Counted from the stretch's first letter, positions 43,367-55,156 are shown. The stretch: DNA of 64,000 nucleotides from Methanothermococcus sp. Ax23 (GCF_049075655.1 NZ_CP157522.1:192001-256000); one strand, 5' to 3'. Program-made: numbers and translations. The notes: a model not told the origin generated them from the sequence alone.

Positions 43367-44059
43367 ATGGATAAAAATGATATATACGTGGTGGTTCCGG
43401 CATACAATGAAGAAGAAATGATAGGAAACACTTTAAAAAAATTAAAAGATGAAGGCTATAAAAACATAATTGTTGTAGATGATGGAAGTAGGGACAATAC
43501 CTACAACATAGCAAAAGAAGAGGGAGTTATTGTTTGCAAACATATTATAAACAGGGGATTAGGCGGAGCTCTGGGGACAGGCATAAAATGTGCATTGGAG
43601 TATAATCCAAAGATAATAATTACATTTGATGCCGATGGACAGCACGACCCAAGGGACATTGAAAAGGTTGCAAAACCTATTTTGAATGAAAATTACGATG
43701 TTATAATAGGAAGCAGGTTGATGGATGAAAAAGAAGTAAAAAATATGCCAAAGATAAAAAGAATAGGAAATTGGGGTTTGAATTTCTTAACATACTTAAT
43801 GGGCGGACATTTTATTACAGACAGCCAAAGCGGTTTAAGGGCATTTTCCAATAAAGCCGCGAAGATACTAATAAACCAATTAAAAAGTAATAAATATGAA
43901 GTTTCTTCTGAATTTGTTGTTTTAATCAAAAGAAATAATTTGAAATTTAAGGAAATCCCTATAAAAACGATATATACAGATTACTCTATGGCTAGGGGAA
44001 CAAATGTGATTACTGGGTTTAAAATACTTGTAAAGCTTATAATTCATAAACTGATTTAA
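43367..44059 (+). CDS. GT2 glycosyltransferase (Dol-P-hexose synthase-like)
   Basis: VPAYNEE, VDDGS, DADGQH, DSQSG. Confidence 0.92.
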   Translation: MDKNDIYVVVPAYNEEEMIGNTLKKLKDEGYKNIIVVDDGSRDNTYNIAKEEGVIVCKHIINRGLGGALGTGIKCALEYNPKIIITFDADGQHDPRDIEKVAKPILNENYDVIIGSRLMDEKEVKNMPKIKRIGNWGLNFLTYLMGGHFITDSQSGLRAFSNKAAKILINQLKSNKYEVSSEFVVLIKRNNLKFKEIPIKTIYTDYSMARGTNVITGFKILVKLIIHKLI

Positions 44060-44107
44060 AATAACATTGTTAATACCACATAACACTACAACATAATATG
44101 TGATAAT

Positions 44108-44908
44108 ATGAAATACTTATTAATTTACTCTACAAAGGATTTAGCTGGGATGAACATTAAAAACAATCTGAATAATTTAAATTTAGATGATTTAAAAGAA
44201 AATATCTATTTTTTTGAAACCGACAAAAAACTTACGGAGCTCTCACAGAAAGACCTACCAAACGATTATGACTATTATATTTTTCTATCAAAACACAGAA
44301 GTGAAAGCAAAAAACCAACATTAACAGTCCATACTTCTGGAAATTTAACAACTGACAATTCACACGGCGGAAATATTGAAGAAATATGTCCATGTGATGG
44401 AGTTTTAAATTCTCTTTTGCTTAAAAATATTTCTAAATACAACAATTTAGAAGAATATAGTCAATTTAATTTTGAAGTGTCATTTGAGGCAGTTCATCAT
44501 GGACCTACTGATTTAAATGTTCCATCGGTATTCGTTGAAATTGGAAGCTCCGAGAAAGAATGGGAAATTAAAGAAGCTGGGGAAATAATTGCAAAATCAA
44601 TTATAGACACAATTAAATCCATTGAAAATAAAAATTATAATGTCTTGGACAAAGTTGTTGGATTCGGTGGAGGGCATTATGCTCCGAGATTTACAAAATT
44701 GGTATTGTCAAATAAATGCTATGTGGGATATATTATTCCAAAATATGCCAAACTTTCTGAGAAGGTTCTTAACCAAATACTAATTAAACAGGATTTTGAT
44801 TATATATTGTTTGATTGGAAGGGACTTAATAGCGAGGATAAAAAAAGATACATAGAATTTTTTGAAAAAAACGATATTTTATGGAAAAAAGTTAAAGATT
44901 TATGTTAA
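44108..44908 (+). CDS. dtdA: D-aminoacyl-tRNA deacylase (archaeal DTD2)
   Basis: SKHRS, LTVH, EAVHHGP, FVEIGS, GGGHY. Confidence 0.92.
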   Translation: MKYLLIYSTKDLAGMNIKNNLNNLNLDDLKENIYFFETDKKLTELSQKDLPNDYDYYIFLSKHRSESKKPTLTVHTSGNLTTDNSHGGNIEEICPCDGVLNSLLLKNISKYNNLEEYSQFNFEVSFEAVHHGPTDLNVPSVFVEIGSSEKEWEIKEAGEIIAKSIIDTIKSIENKNYNVLDKVVGFGGGHYAPRFTKLVLSNKCYVGYIIPKYAKLSEKVLNQILIKQDFDYILFDWKGLNSEDKKRYIEFFEKNDILWKKVKDLC

Positions 44909-44928
44909 TATAAATATAATGTGATATC

Positions 44929-45720
44929 ATGAGAGAGATTCTTACAAAATTTAAAAAAGGAGAATTAACCTTAGAGGAAGTAGAAAAAAAATTAAAATTA
45001 TTTCATCTTGATGAAATAGAAAAGCTATATAATCTGGATTTTAATAGAAGAAATAGGACAGGAGTTCCAGAGGTGGTTTATGGAGGAGGGAAAAAAACAG
45101 AGGATATTGCAGAGATTCTCCTTAAACTTGCAGAAGACAACGGCACGGCACTTGCAACTAGGGTAAATGACATTGAAAAAGTGGTTGAATTATTAAATAA
45201 TATGAAAGACATTGATGAATTTACTATCGATGTTAATGAAATGGCAAAAACAATATCCCTCACAAAAAAGAATTATAAAATTGACAGCATTGGAAAAATC
45301 GGAATAATTACAGCAGGAACTTCTGATATTCCCGTGGCTGAGGAGGCAAAAGAAGCCGCAAAATTAATGGGATGTGAGGTATTAACTGCTTATGATGTTG
45401 GAATTGCGGGGATGCACAGAATTACAAAACCATTAAAAAAAATGATAGATGAAGATGTTTGCTGCATAATTGTAATTGCAGGTATGGAAGGAGCTCTACC
45501 ATCAGTAGTGGCGTCTCTTGTGGATGTCCCAGTTATTGGAGTTCCAACCTCAACAGGATACGGCGTAAAAGAAACTCCACTTCTTACAATGCTTCATTCC
45601 TGTGCCCCAGGACTTGCGGTAGTAAATATGGATAATGGTTTTGGTGCAGGAATATTTGCAGGATTGATGGCTTATAACATATATAAACGGTTGAATATTT
45701 CAAATTCTAATGGAGATTAA
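44929..45720 (+). CDS. larB: Nickel-pincer cofactor biosynthesis protein LarB
   Basis: R.GVPEVVYG, AGTSD.PVAEEA, AGMEGALPS, PTSTGYG, DNGFGA. Confidence 0.92.
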   Translation: MREILTKFKKGELTLEEVEKKLKLFHLDEIEKLYNLDFNRRNRTGVPEVVYGGGKKTEDIAEILLKLAEDNGTALATRVNDIEKVVELLNNMKDIDEFTIDVNEMAKTISLTKKNYKIDSIGKIGIITAGTSDIPVAEEAKEAAKLMGCEVLTAYDVGIAGMHRITKPLKKMIDEDVCCIIVIAGMEGALPSVVASLVDVPVIGVPTSTGYGVKETPLLTMLHSCAPGLAVVNMDNGFGAGIFAGLMAYNIYKRLNISNSNGD

Positions 45721-45722
45721 TA

Positions 45723-46035
45723 GGGGTCTGTCCAATGTGAGAGCGTTGGTTAGTAAATGCTCACATTGGACTTGGGCGTCATCAACCTTATATCCCTCTG
45801 GGTTCATTGGGAGCATGTCATCAGTCTCCTCCCCTGTCATGGGGACCCCAACTCCACCCATCAATTCGACAATTTGTTGGATGTTTTAACATGTTTAAAA
45901 GAGGTTTAGGAAAGTCTTGGGGTTGATTAGATTGACACTATAAACTATGCATGAAAACACTATATAAACATTTCGAAAACTAAATGCTCCCATACACTCA
46001 CAAATACTCACAAAAAACTAAACAGTTTTAAACGG
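45723..46035 (-). mobile_element. Non-autonomous IS607-like miniature element with omegaRNA-like region
   Basis: GG at both junctions; direct repeats TAAATGCTC(A/C)CAT (45754, 45981) and ACTCACAA at 10-bp period; 12-bp hairpin 45730-45771; TATA at 45961-45968; no ORF. Confidence 0.6.
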
Positions 46036-46084
46036 CAAGAATTTGGGATATACTTATTATAAAAAATATTTTAAGGGAACGAAA

Positions 46085-47305
46085 ATGAGCACCAAAGTTA
46101 TTGAAGGAACTTTTTTGAAAATAGGCGAGGATTGCGAAGAGTTAAATAAAAGCTTGCAGAATTTTAATGGATACATGAGGTTATCGATAAAGAAAGATAA
46201 CGATTTTGAAGAGGGATATATTTTTTTAGAAAATAATGTGCCTGTGGGGTATTATTACAACTACAACAATACCGAAGCCTTTGGAAGTAAGGCAATTGAA
46301 TATATCGAGGAAATGAAAAAAAATAGATGTATTGTGGAGTTATACCGATATGATGCAGGCAAATTAAACCTAATGAAAGACTTATTTAAAGAGATGTTTT
46401 TAGATAAATCCGAATTAAAAGTAAAAAAAGCAAATCACGAAAATGAAAGCATGGACGAAAAAATACATGAAAGCCAATCCTCATGCAAATATCAAAAAAT
46501 AATATTGGACATTCCCAGCGGAAAACCCTTAAAAATGGGGATAAATGGAGATTATAAAGAATATTTGGAAGGTTATAGATTATTAGATATATTTAAAAAA
46601 GACGATGGTGGATTTAAAAGAGCCTACATTGTATATTATAACAAAGAGCCCATTTTGGCTGCTTATGAAGATAACAATGGAGTGTTATTTGGAAATGACG
46701 CAGATATATTTATTAAGGAGCTCTTAAATAATTTAGATGCAATAATAGATATATATGAATATAATGTTGAAAAAGTAAATATCTTAACAGAATATTATCC
46801 ACATATTAAATTAAAAAAGGAAAATCTAGAACATGATGAAAACAAAAGTGGGTCAGATGAAGAGAATTTAGGGGAATTTATATCTGACCTATCTAAGAAA
46901 AAAGAAATGCCCCCTACTACGGATGAAAACGATGAACCATTATGTAAAGAAGAACTTCTAAAAAAACTGGGGATACATGCACCAAATGATGATATGATAG
47001 ATAACATTATTCAAAATGTTCTAGTTCCTGATGCGTATGAATTAAAAAACATGGAAGATGATTTAAAGGAAAAAATTTCAGAATTTTTAAAAAATCAAAA
47101 GGATATCCAAAATTTTTTAATAAATATCTCACTAGAATATAATCAAAGATACATCTGCGAATGCAAAATCAAATTAGAACCTAAAAAAAGATTTGGGATT
47201 ATAAAAAGGGAATTGGATATACCATATATAAAAGATGGGATATATAATATATTAAACAACTACATTATAGACCTGGATTCAAAGGTATCTATCGAGTTAG
47301 TATAG
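46085..47305 (+). CDS. DUF2226-like protein (two tandem repeats of one domain)
   Basis: Repeated (N/E)GY.R....K....(E/R).YI......P...Y......FG..A unit; ELLKKLGI..P segment. Confidence 0.7.
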   Translation: MSTKVIEGTFLKIGEDCEELNKSLQNFNGYMRLSIKKDNDFEEGYIFLENNVPVGYYYNYNNTEAFGSKAIEYIEEMKKNRCIVELYRYDAGKLNLMKDLFKEMFLDKSELKVKKANHENESMDEKIHESQSSCKYQKIILDIPSGKPLKMGINGDYKEYLEGYRLLDIFKKDDGGFKRAYIVYYNKEPILAAYEDNNGVLFGNDADIFIKELLNNLDAIIDIYEYNVEKVNILTEYYPHIKLKKENLEHDENKSGSDEENLGEFISDLSKKKEMPPTTDENDEPLCKEELLKKLGIHAPNDDMIDNIIQNVLVPDAYELKNMEDDLKEKISEFLKNQKDIQNFLINISLEYNQRYICECKIKLEPKKRFGIIKRELDIPYIKDGIYNILNNYIIDLDSKVSIELV

Positions 47306-47317
47306 GGTGTGTGTTTT

Positions 47318-47848
47318 ATGGAGCTCATATATATATTTGTTATAATGTCAATTTTAGGATTTTTTATTACATTCTCAGTCTGGAAGATATACAAGTTGGA
47401 AAAATCTAGGCGGGAACAGGAACAAAAAGAAGAACTTGAAAACGAAATTATAGAAGGATTACTTGAACTAAAAAAACATACGGTAAAATCAAATAATAAA
47501 AAATTATCTGATAAATATGATTTACTAGAAATAGCTTTTGAAAATGATGTATTGGACATAACCATAGCTAATGAGGAGGGTTTACCTATTGTATCTACAC
47601 TTAAAGACCCTGATGAGGACTCTGCACAATACAGTGCATTATTTCAAAATGTCAATAAATCACTAAATAGCAATCTGTTAAAAGTAAGTATTAAATGTGA
47701 AGAGGGATATAGATACATATTACCTATTGTTAAAAATAATACTTCATTATATGTTATCGTTAGCTCAAATATCGAAATTGATTCAATCAACGAAAAGAAA
47801 TTAACAAAAGATATATTAAATATTCTTGACAGATACATTCCGAATTAA
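47318..47848 (+). CDS. Membrane-anchored protein with a roadblock/longin-like domain
   Basis: N-terminal TM helix, coiled coil, DITIANEEGLPIVST motif. Confidence 0.6.
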   Translation: MELIYIFVIMSILGFFITFSVWKIYKLEKSRREQEQKEELENEIIEGLLELKKHTVKSNNKKLSDKYDLLEIAFENDVLDITIANEEGLPIVSTLKDPDEDSAQYSALFQNVNKSLNSNLLKVSIKCEEGYRYILPIVKNNTSLYVIVSSNIEIDSINEKKLTKDILNILDRYIPN

Positions 47849-47854
47849 AAAGAA

Positions 47855-47918
47855 AAGGCAGATGATGATGTTATCCCCGGCTGATTATGATGAGAAAATC
47901 TTAAAAAACTGATGCCTT
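47855..47918 (+). ncRNA. C/D-box methylation guide sRNA
   Basis: Terminal stem AAGGCA/TGCCTT; C ATGATGA 47862, D' CTGA 47881, C' ATGATGA 47887, D CTGA 47909; D' guide TGTTATCCCCGG. Confidence 0.9.
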
Positions 47919-48055
47919 ATTTTTATATAAATACTAAGTTTTAGATTTTGTTGGTCATTTAGTAGATTACCTTCTTTTTTAGCAAACATTATAAAGTCAT
48001 TAATTTAAATAAATCGATTAAAAATGATAAAAAATAAAAAAATAAAAGAAAACAA

Positions 48056-48271
48056 TTATAATCTTTCAGCAAAAGCAAATTTTTGTTTTACTGATGTGAT
48101 TTTAATTGTGAGTGTTTCTCCTTTTGTAGTGCTAGGGACGAAAATAACAAATCCTTCGATTCTTGCTATTCCGTCACCCCCTCTTCCTACATCTTCAATT
48201 GTTACATCATATTCTTTTCCTTCAACGACAGGAACATTTCTTTCATTTTGTCTGTATTCGCCAAAAACCAT
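48056..48271 (-). CDS. Single TRAM-domain RNA chaperone
   Basis: PVVEGKEYDVTIEDVGRGGDGIARIEGFVIFVP. Confidence 0.93.
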   Translation of the reverse strand: MVFGEYRQNERNVPVVEGKEYDVTIEDVGRGGDGIARIEGFVIFVPSTTKGETLTIKITSVKQKFAFAERL

Positions 48272-48565
48272 TTTATTCACCTAAGTAGAAATATATTTAT
48301 TTATTCACCATATTTATGGTTAATTATAACTTGGTTTTATAGTATATAAACCTATCTATTGTTTATTATTTGAAACAATAAAATATATACCGCCAATACG
48401 GGCATTTATCGGCATTTGTCCGCATATATCGCATCTAAAAAACCAAAGTGTCTCTATTTGTCGAATATACTTTCAATTTATGGATATATGGATTATGAAA
48501 AAAAAGCCTTAAATATTTAATAATAATTACCTATAATGATATTAAAAAAGATTAATGGTGATTTT

Positions 48566-49300
48566 TTGATTAGTGAGATATTTTCGTCCATTATGGGGGA
48601 AGGAAATTTCATTGGAAGGAGATACATTTTTGTTAGATTTAAAGGATGTCCTCTGAACTGCATATACTGCGATGAATATGTAAAAGATAATATTCCATGC
48701 AGAGTTGAAGAGATTCCTGGAAGTGGAGAGTTTAAAGAATGTCCCGATATAGAAGATAAGTTAATTGATGTGATAGGTAAATTAAAAACTCCTGATTTAT
48801 TTGCAGTATCATTTACAGGAGGAGAGCCTTTATTATATTCCAATGAAATAAAAAAATATTCTGAAATTCTTCATGATTTAGGTTATAAAACTCATCTGGA
48901 AAGCAATGGCATGTATCCCGATAGAATAAGTTTTTTTGACTATGCTTCAATAGATATAAAGCTTCCAGAACATTTTAATGATATAAAAATCGAAGATTAC
49001 GAAAAACTCTATAAAAACGAATTAAAATCCATAAAAAAACTATATGACTTAGGTTCTAATGTATATGCAAAGATAGTAATTATGGAAAATACAGATCCAG
49101 TGGTTATAGGAGATATTGCAAAGGATTTATCCGATATTGGAAATATTATGTTATGCATACAACCTGTGAGCTCATGTTTAAATGTCAAATCCCTGCCCAC
49201 TCAAAAGAAATTATTGGATATTATGGAATTATGCGGAGCTCACCTAAATGACAATGTAATTTGCACTTCACAGATGCATAAATATCTGGGCATGTTATAA
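48566..49300 (+). CDS. queE: 7-carboxy-7-deazaguanine synthase (radical SAM)
   Basis: EIFSSIMGEG, FVRF.GCPLNCIYCD, TGGEP, QMHK; TTG start after GGTGA. Confidence 0.88.
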   Translation: MISEIFSSIMGEGNFIGRRYIFVRFKGCPLNCIYCDEYVKDNIPCRVEEIPGSGEFKECPDIEDKLIDVIGKLKTPDLFAVSFTGGEPLLYSNEIKKYSEILHDLGYKTHLESNGMYPDRISFFDYASIDIKLPEHFNDIKIEDYEKLYKNELKSIKKLYDLGSNVYAKIVIMENTDPVVIGDIAKDLSDIGNIMLCIQPVSSCLNVKSLPTQKKLLDIMELCGAHLNDNVICTSQMHKYLGML

Positions 49301-49331
49301 AAAAATAAATAAAAATTAAATTGGGAAATGA

Positions 49332-50297
<966 letters not shown>

Positions 50298-50514
50298 TTA
50301 ATAATATATAATATATTATATAGGGGGTGGCAATTATGAAAAGATGGAATTTATCTTTTAAAAATCTGATGATTCCAGTATGGTAGTTTTTAAAATCCCC
50401 TTAAAACAGGCTGTATATTATCTTTATTTTAATAAAATTCAGCAAACCGAATTTAAAAACTCTTTTATAGTTTAAAAATAATAATTTATCATAAATATCT
50501 TTTTTGGTGATATT

Positions 50515-52431
50515 ATGAAAGGGGGAGCTCTTGTTTTAATTAGTATATTTATATATTTAGTAGCATTTTGTGGATGTATAGACAATAGTAAGGATAACGG
50601 AAATACGATAAATAAGATAAATGAATTTAAGGTAGTTCCAGCAGACGAGGCGACATTTAAAGAATTTGTTAGTAAATCAACAGCTCATAGTTATGAATAC
50701 TACAATATACTTGGTGGATTCAATACTGCATCAGGAAGAGTAAAAGCTTTACCCACAGCAGAATTAGGTATTTCCGCAGATTCAAATGGCGTAGAGCGAC
50801 ATTCTGAAACCAATGTGCAGGTAAAAAGCGTAGATGAAGCAGATATTGTAAAAACTGATGGTAATTATATTTATTTCACTCCACCGGGAAGTTATCACAT
50901 TATAAAAAATTATCCGGAATATCCGCACTCTTTTGGAGTTGAAAAAACATATATAATAGATGCCCTTCCACCAGAATCAGCAGAGATTATTAAAGATATT
51001 TCAAATGGTGGTGTGCTTTACTTGTGCAATGACAATTTAATAATAATTGACTACAACAACGATGAGATATTAAACTACAATGTTTCAAATCCAAAAAATC
51101 CAAAATTAAAGTGGAAAATGGATTTAAATGGTTCCTATGTGGATTCAAGGGTTCATAATGGAAAGTTGTATTTGATTGTATCAAAATTTGATTATATAGT
51201 TTGTCCAATAATTTGGAATGGAGTAAAAATAAATTACAATAAATACTACATTCCAATAGTTCCAGATGTTATATCAAGAGATTTCGATAGAACATATATA
51301 ATCTCTTCAATAGATGTAAATAGCGGAAATATTGAAAATACAATTGCTACATCGGGAACCTACTATACCACAACATACATGTCAAAAAACAACATTTATT
51401 TCACCTATCATTTAATACCCAATGAAAACATACTGTTTATCAACTTCTTAAAGGAAAACTCCAATAAATACTTCCCAAATAGCACTGCCGTTTTAATTAA
51501 TAAAGTTCTGAGCTCTGAGCTCTTTGGTGATGAAGCAAAGTATGTTGAAATTAGAACAATATTGGATGCATATTTCAAAACCCTTCCAAGTGAAGAGAGA
51601 ATGAATTTAATAAATAAAATAAACAAGGACTATGAAATATACCTTGAAGAACACTGGGAAGAGCTGGAAAAAACTGGGATAATGAAAATAGATATAAATA
51701 CCTTTGAAGTTAAAAGTGGGAGCGTTCCTGGAAGATTGATAAACCAATTTGCAATGGATGAATACAACAACAATTTAAGAGTTGCCACAACAATAGGGAA
51801 CTATTGGAAATTTAGAGATAAAATGACAAATAATTTGTATATTCTTGATGATGAGCTAAATATAAAAGGAAAACTTACCAATCTTGAAAAAGGAGAGCGG
51901 ATATACGCTGTTAGATTTATGGGGGATACTGCATATATTATCACATATAAAGAAACTGACCCATTGCTTGTAATAGGTTTAAAAGACCCTAAAAATCCAA
52001 AACTACTTGGGGAATTAAAAATTCCTGGATATTCAACATACTTGCATCCAATAGGAAACAATAGACTTATAGGCATAGGAAAGGGCGATGATAGAAAACT
52101 AAAAATATCGTTATTTGATGTGAGCGACCATACTAATCCAAAAGAAGTTGATAAATACAAACTTCCTGAATATTGGTCCCCTGCTCTTTACAACCATCAC
52201 GCATTTTTATGGGATAAAGATAAGAATATAATGGTAATACCTGTGGGAGCTCATGTTTATATGTTCAAAATAGAAAATGATAAAATAACAATGAAAAAAG
52301 ACGATAAACACAAATCAAATGTTTTAAGGTCATTGTATATTAACAATTACATATACACATTCTCAAACGACGAAATCCATATAATCGATGAAAACAGCTG
52401 GAATACAGTTAAAAAGATTGGATTAAATTGA
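50515..52431 (+). CDS. Secreted lipoprotein with beta-propeller domain
   Basis: Lipobox FCGC, SETNVQV..VDEADIVKTDG, LINQFAMDEY, GELKIPGYSTYLHP. Confidence 0.9.
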   Translation: MKGGALVLISIFIYLVAFCGCIDNSKDNGNTINKINEFKVVPADEATFKEFVSKSTAHSYEYYNILGGFNTASGRVKALPTAELGISADSNGVERHSETNVQVKSVDEADIVKTDGNYIYFTPPGSYHIIKNYPEYPHSFGVEKTYIIDALPPESAEIIKDISNGGVLYLCNDNLIIIDYNNDEILNYNVSNPKNPKLKWKMDLNGSYVDSRVHNGKLYLIVSKFDYIVCPIIWNGVKINYNKYYIPIVPDVISRDFDRTYIISSIDVNSGNIENTIATSGTYYTTTYMSKNNIYFTYHLIPNENILFINFLKENSNKYFPNSTAVLINKVLSSELFGDEAKYVEIRTILDAYFKTLPSEERMNLINKINKDYEIYLEEHWEELEKTGIMKIDINTFEVKSGSVPGRLINQFAMDEYNNNLRVATTIGNYWKFRDKMTNNLYILDDELNIKGKLTNLEKGERIYAVRFMGDTAYIITYKETDPLLVIGLKDPKNPKLLGELKIPGYSTYLHPIGNNRLIGIGKGDDRKLKISLFDVSDHTNPKEVDKYKLPEYWSPALYNHHAFLWDKDKNIMVIPVGAHVYMFKIENDKITMKKDDKHKSNVLRSLYINNYIYTFSNDEIHIIDENSWNTVKKIGLN

Positions 52432-52442
52432 TAATTTTTTAA

Positions 52443-52491
52443 TCGAACCGTAGATTCGAGCTATAAAAAATCCCTTTGGATTTTTATTCAA
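52443..52491 (+). repeat. Solo double-hairpin module between convergent genes
   Basis: TCGAACCGTAGATTCGA-GCTA-TAAAAAATCCCTTTGGATTTTTA-TTCAA. Confidence 0.85.
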
Positions 52492-52493
52492 TT

Positions 52494-53249
52494 TTATTTT
52501 AAATATTTATTTAAATACCCTCTTGGAGTAATCATTTTATTATCTACTATTTTTGTGTTTGAGTTTCCAATTATTAAGGTGGTGTTCATATCGATATAAT
52601 TCATATAATCATCTAAATTGCTTGTTAAATCATTCAAAGTGGTTATTTTATATTCTTCTGAATCTCTTCCAGCATTTTTAACGATTCCAATAACATAATT
52701 TATTTTTCGTTTTTCTGCATAATTTTTTATAACATCCAGAGTCTTTAAAAATGGCTCTTTTCTTGATTTACTTAATGGGTTATATATTGCAACAACAAAA
52801 TCCCCTTCCAATGCACATTTAACTCTGTTTAATATAACTTCCAATGGTGTGAGCAAATCACTTAAACTAATTACGCAAAAATCATGATTTAGCGGAGCTC
52901 CTAATATTGCCGAGCATATGCTTGCAGATGTTAAACCACTTATTACTTTTATGGGGACATCAATATTGTTTTTTTCTCGGAGCTCATAGGCAAGGGACGC
53001 CATGCCATAGATTGTAGCATCCCCACTTGATACAAGTGCGACATCTTTATCTTTCGCTTCATTTAGAGCATAACTTGTTCTATCAATTTCTTTTTTCATT
53101 CCAGATGTGTAAATTGGCTTGTTAAATCGTTTTATAAATTTTTCATAACCTTTATAGCAGACAATTAAATCGACATTGTTTAAAATAGCCTCTGCCTCTT
53201 CTGTAAAAAAATCTTTATTGCCCGGTCCTATTCCAACGATATAAAGCAT
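52494..53249 (-). CDS. cbiH: Precorrin-3B C17-methyltransferase
   Basis: VGIGPG, SSGDATIYGMA, GAPLNHDF, SLSDLLTP, MITPRGY. Confidence 0.93.
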   Translation of the reverse strand: MLYIVGIGPGNKDFFTEEAEAILNNVDLIVCYKGYEKFIKRFNKPIYTSGMKKEIDRTSYALNEAKDKDVALVSSGDATIYGMASLAYELREKNNIDVPIKVISGLTSASICSAILGAPLNHDFCVISLSDLLTPLEVILNRVKCALEGDFVVAIYNPLSKSRKEPFLKTLDVIKNYAEKRKINYVIGIVKNAGRDSEEYKITTLNDLTSNLDDYMNYIDMNTTLIIGNSNTKIVDNKMITPRGYLNKYLK

Positions 53250-53317
53250 AATATCACATAATTTAGATTCCATAAGAAGAAAATATATTCAATAAAATAA
53301 TCTTAATAAATGGTAGC

Positions 53318-53400
53318 TGTGTCAGACAGTGCTGATGTCGTCATCCTGAATAAATGATTTTTATTTATTCAGTCAGTGGGGGTAACTCTCATCATCCACA
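53318..53400 (-). ncRNA. C/D-box sRNA with an extended hairpin between D' and C'
   Basis: TGTG stem, C ATGATGA, guide GAGTTACCCCCA, D' CTGA, 10-bp hairpin, C'-like GGATGA, guide CGACATCAGCACTGT, D CTGA, CACA; TTTAAATA about 22 nt upstream. Confidence 0.8.
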
Positions 53401-53455
53401 AATTAATATTATAAAAATAGATATTTAAAGGTATCGAAAAATCCGAATAATGAAA

Positions 53456-53501
53456 TCAGGGCGAAGCAGAGAGCAATAAATTCCGAAGATTTTTGTTTTA
53501 A
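53456..53501 (+). repeat. Degenerate double-hairpin module
   Basis: TCAGGGCGAAGCAGAGA-GCAA-TAAATTCCGAAGATTTTTG-TTTTAA; resembles array unit 2. Confidence 0.55.
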
Positions 53502-53563
53502 TCGGAGCTCCGAAGAAGTATCATATAAATAATTTTACAATGTTCTTCACTTGGTTCTAAATG

Positions 53564-53791
53564 TTAATTATGTTCAGTATTTTCCGAACTTTCATTCTCG
53601 GGCTTTTTGGGAATTATAAAACAGGCGATAATATATAATAGAAGTCCAGCCCCCCAATATAAGGCAATAATCGCCCATAACAATCTAACAATCACTGGGT
53701 CTATATTTAAATACTCTGCAATACCACCACATACTCCACACAACACTTTATCGGTATCTGATTTATAAAGTCTTTTTTTAACATTAGTCAT
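53564..53791 (-). CDS. PspC-domain membrane protein
   Basis: KRLYKS..DKVLCGVCGGIAEYL.IDP..VRL, LLYII..FIIP. Confidence 0.92.
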   Translation of the reverse strand: MTNVKKRLYKSDTDKVLCGVCGGIAEYLNIDPVIVRLLWAIIALYWGAGLLLYIIACFIIPKKPENESSENTEHN

Positions 53792-53991
53792 GCGTATGCC
53801 CTCCAATGAAACATATGAATATAACTTCGAAGTAGTTTATTCTATTAATATAGTATTGATAAATTATTTAAAATAAGAGACAATATATATCTACAACCTA
53901 TTTGATTATTAGATGTTTTATGTAATTAGTGTATCATTTTATTTTTATTTATTATTTATATTTTCTGATTTATTAATATAGAGGTGAAATA

Positions 53992-54852
53992 TTGATACTT
54001 TTAGATGAAAACACAAAAGCAATAGTTCAAGGAATTACCGGAAAGCAGGGAAGTTTCCATACAAAAAACATGCTTGAATGTGGAACAAACATAGTTGCAG
54101 GAGTAACTCCTGGAAAAGGCGGAACAGAAATTTATGGAATTCCAGTATATGATACAGTTGCGGAAACTGTTGAGAAACACGGTGCAAATGCCTCAGTAAT
54201 ATTCGTCCCTGCACCATTCGCAAAGGATGCAGCCTATGAAGCAATTGATGCAGGTATTGAACTTGTTGTAATTATTACAGAACATATTCCAGTCCATGAT
54301 ACAATAGACATACTTAACTATGCAAAACATAAAGGCGTTAAAGTAATTGGACCAAACACTCCGGGAATTGCATCCCCAAAGGTTGGAAAATTAGGTATCA
54401 TTCCTATGAAAGTTTTAAAAGAAGGAAGGATAGGAATGGTTTCAAGAAGTGGGACCTTAACCTATGAAATTGCAAATGAATTAATAAGCAATGGATTTGG
54501 GCAGTCATCATGTATAGGAATAGGAGGAGACCCTACAATTGGTCTTGGATATATTGAAATACTTGAAATGTTTGAAAATGATGAAGATACAGATGCTATT
54601 GTAATGATTGGAGAAATAGGAGGAAGTAATGAAGAAATAGCCGCAGAATATATTAAAAAAATGAAAAAACCAGTGATAGCATATATTGCAGGTCAGTCAG
54701 CACCAGAGGGAAAAAGAATGGGACATGCCGGAGCAATTATTGAGAGGGGTGTGGGAACAGCAGAAAGTAAAATGAATACATTAAAAGATGCCGGAGCTCA
54801 TGTTGTAAAGAGGATTTCAGAAATACCATCGGTATTAAAAGAAGTGTTATAA
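53992..54852 (+). CDS. sucD: Succinyl-CoA synthetase alpha subunit
   Basis: [27 protein letters not shown]. Confidence 0.96.
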   Translation: MILLDENTKAIVQGITGKQGSFHTKNMLECGTNIVAGVTPGKGGTEIYGIPVYDTVAETVEKHGANASVIFVPAPFAKDAAYEAIDAGIELVVIITEHIPVHDTIDILNYAKHKGVKVIGPNTPGIASPKVGKLGIIPMKVLKEGRIGMVSRSGTLTYEIANELISNGFGQSSCIGIGGDPTIGLGYIEILEMFENDEDTDAIVMIGEIGGSNEEIAAEYIKKMKKPVIAYIAGQSAPEGKRMGHAGAIIERGVGTAESKMNTLKDAGAHVVKRISEIPSVLKEVL

Positions 54853-55156
54853 TATTATAATTTGATTTTTTAAATTATATCTCTTAATTGGCAAGTTCTT
54901 AGAGAAATAAAATGGATTTACTAAAAAAGTTTTTAAGAAAATTTGTAAATTCGCTGATTAATCTGCCTACATAAATTTATTAATTTTTTATAATAAGGAT
55001 GATTATTCAACATATATTAAGAATGAAGTAAAATTAATTTTAAAAAATTATTTTATGTCTTCTTATTTTATGGTTTAATTCTCTCTTCCCAATAATATCT
55101 CCAAAATAGCACATATACTTTTATTTTTTCCAAATGATTATTTCAAAAAAATAAAA

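Noticed and set aside
45775-45830. Third C/D-box sRNA
   Set aside because: C-like boxes are present, but not a proper C-D'-C'-D order, and the sequence lies inside the IS607-like element.
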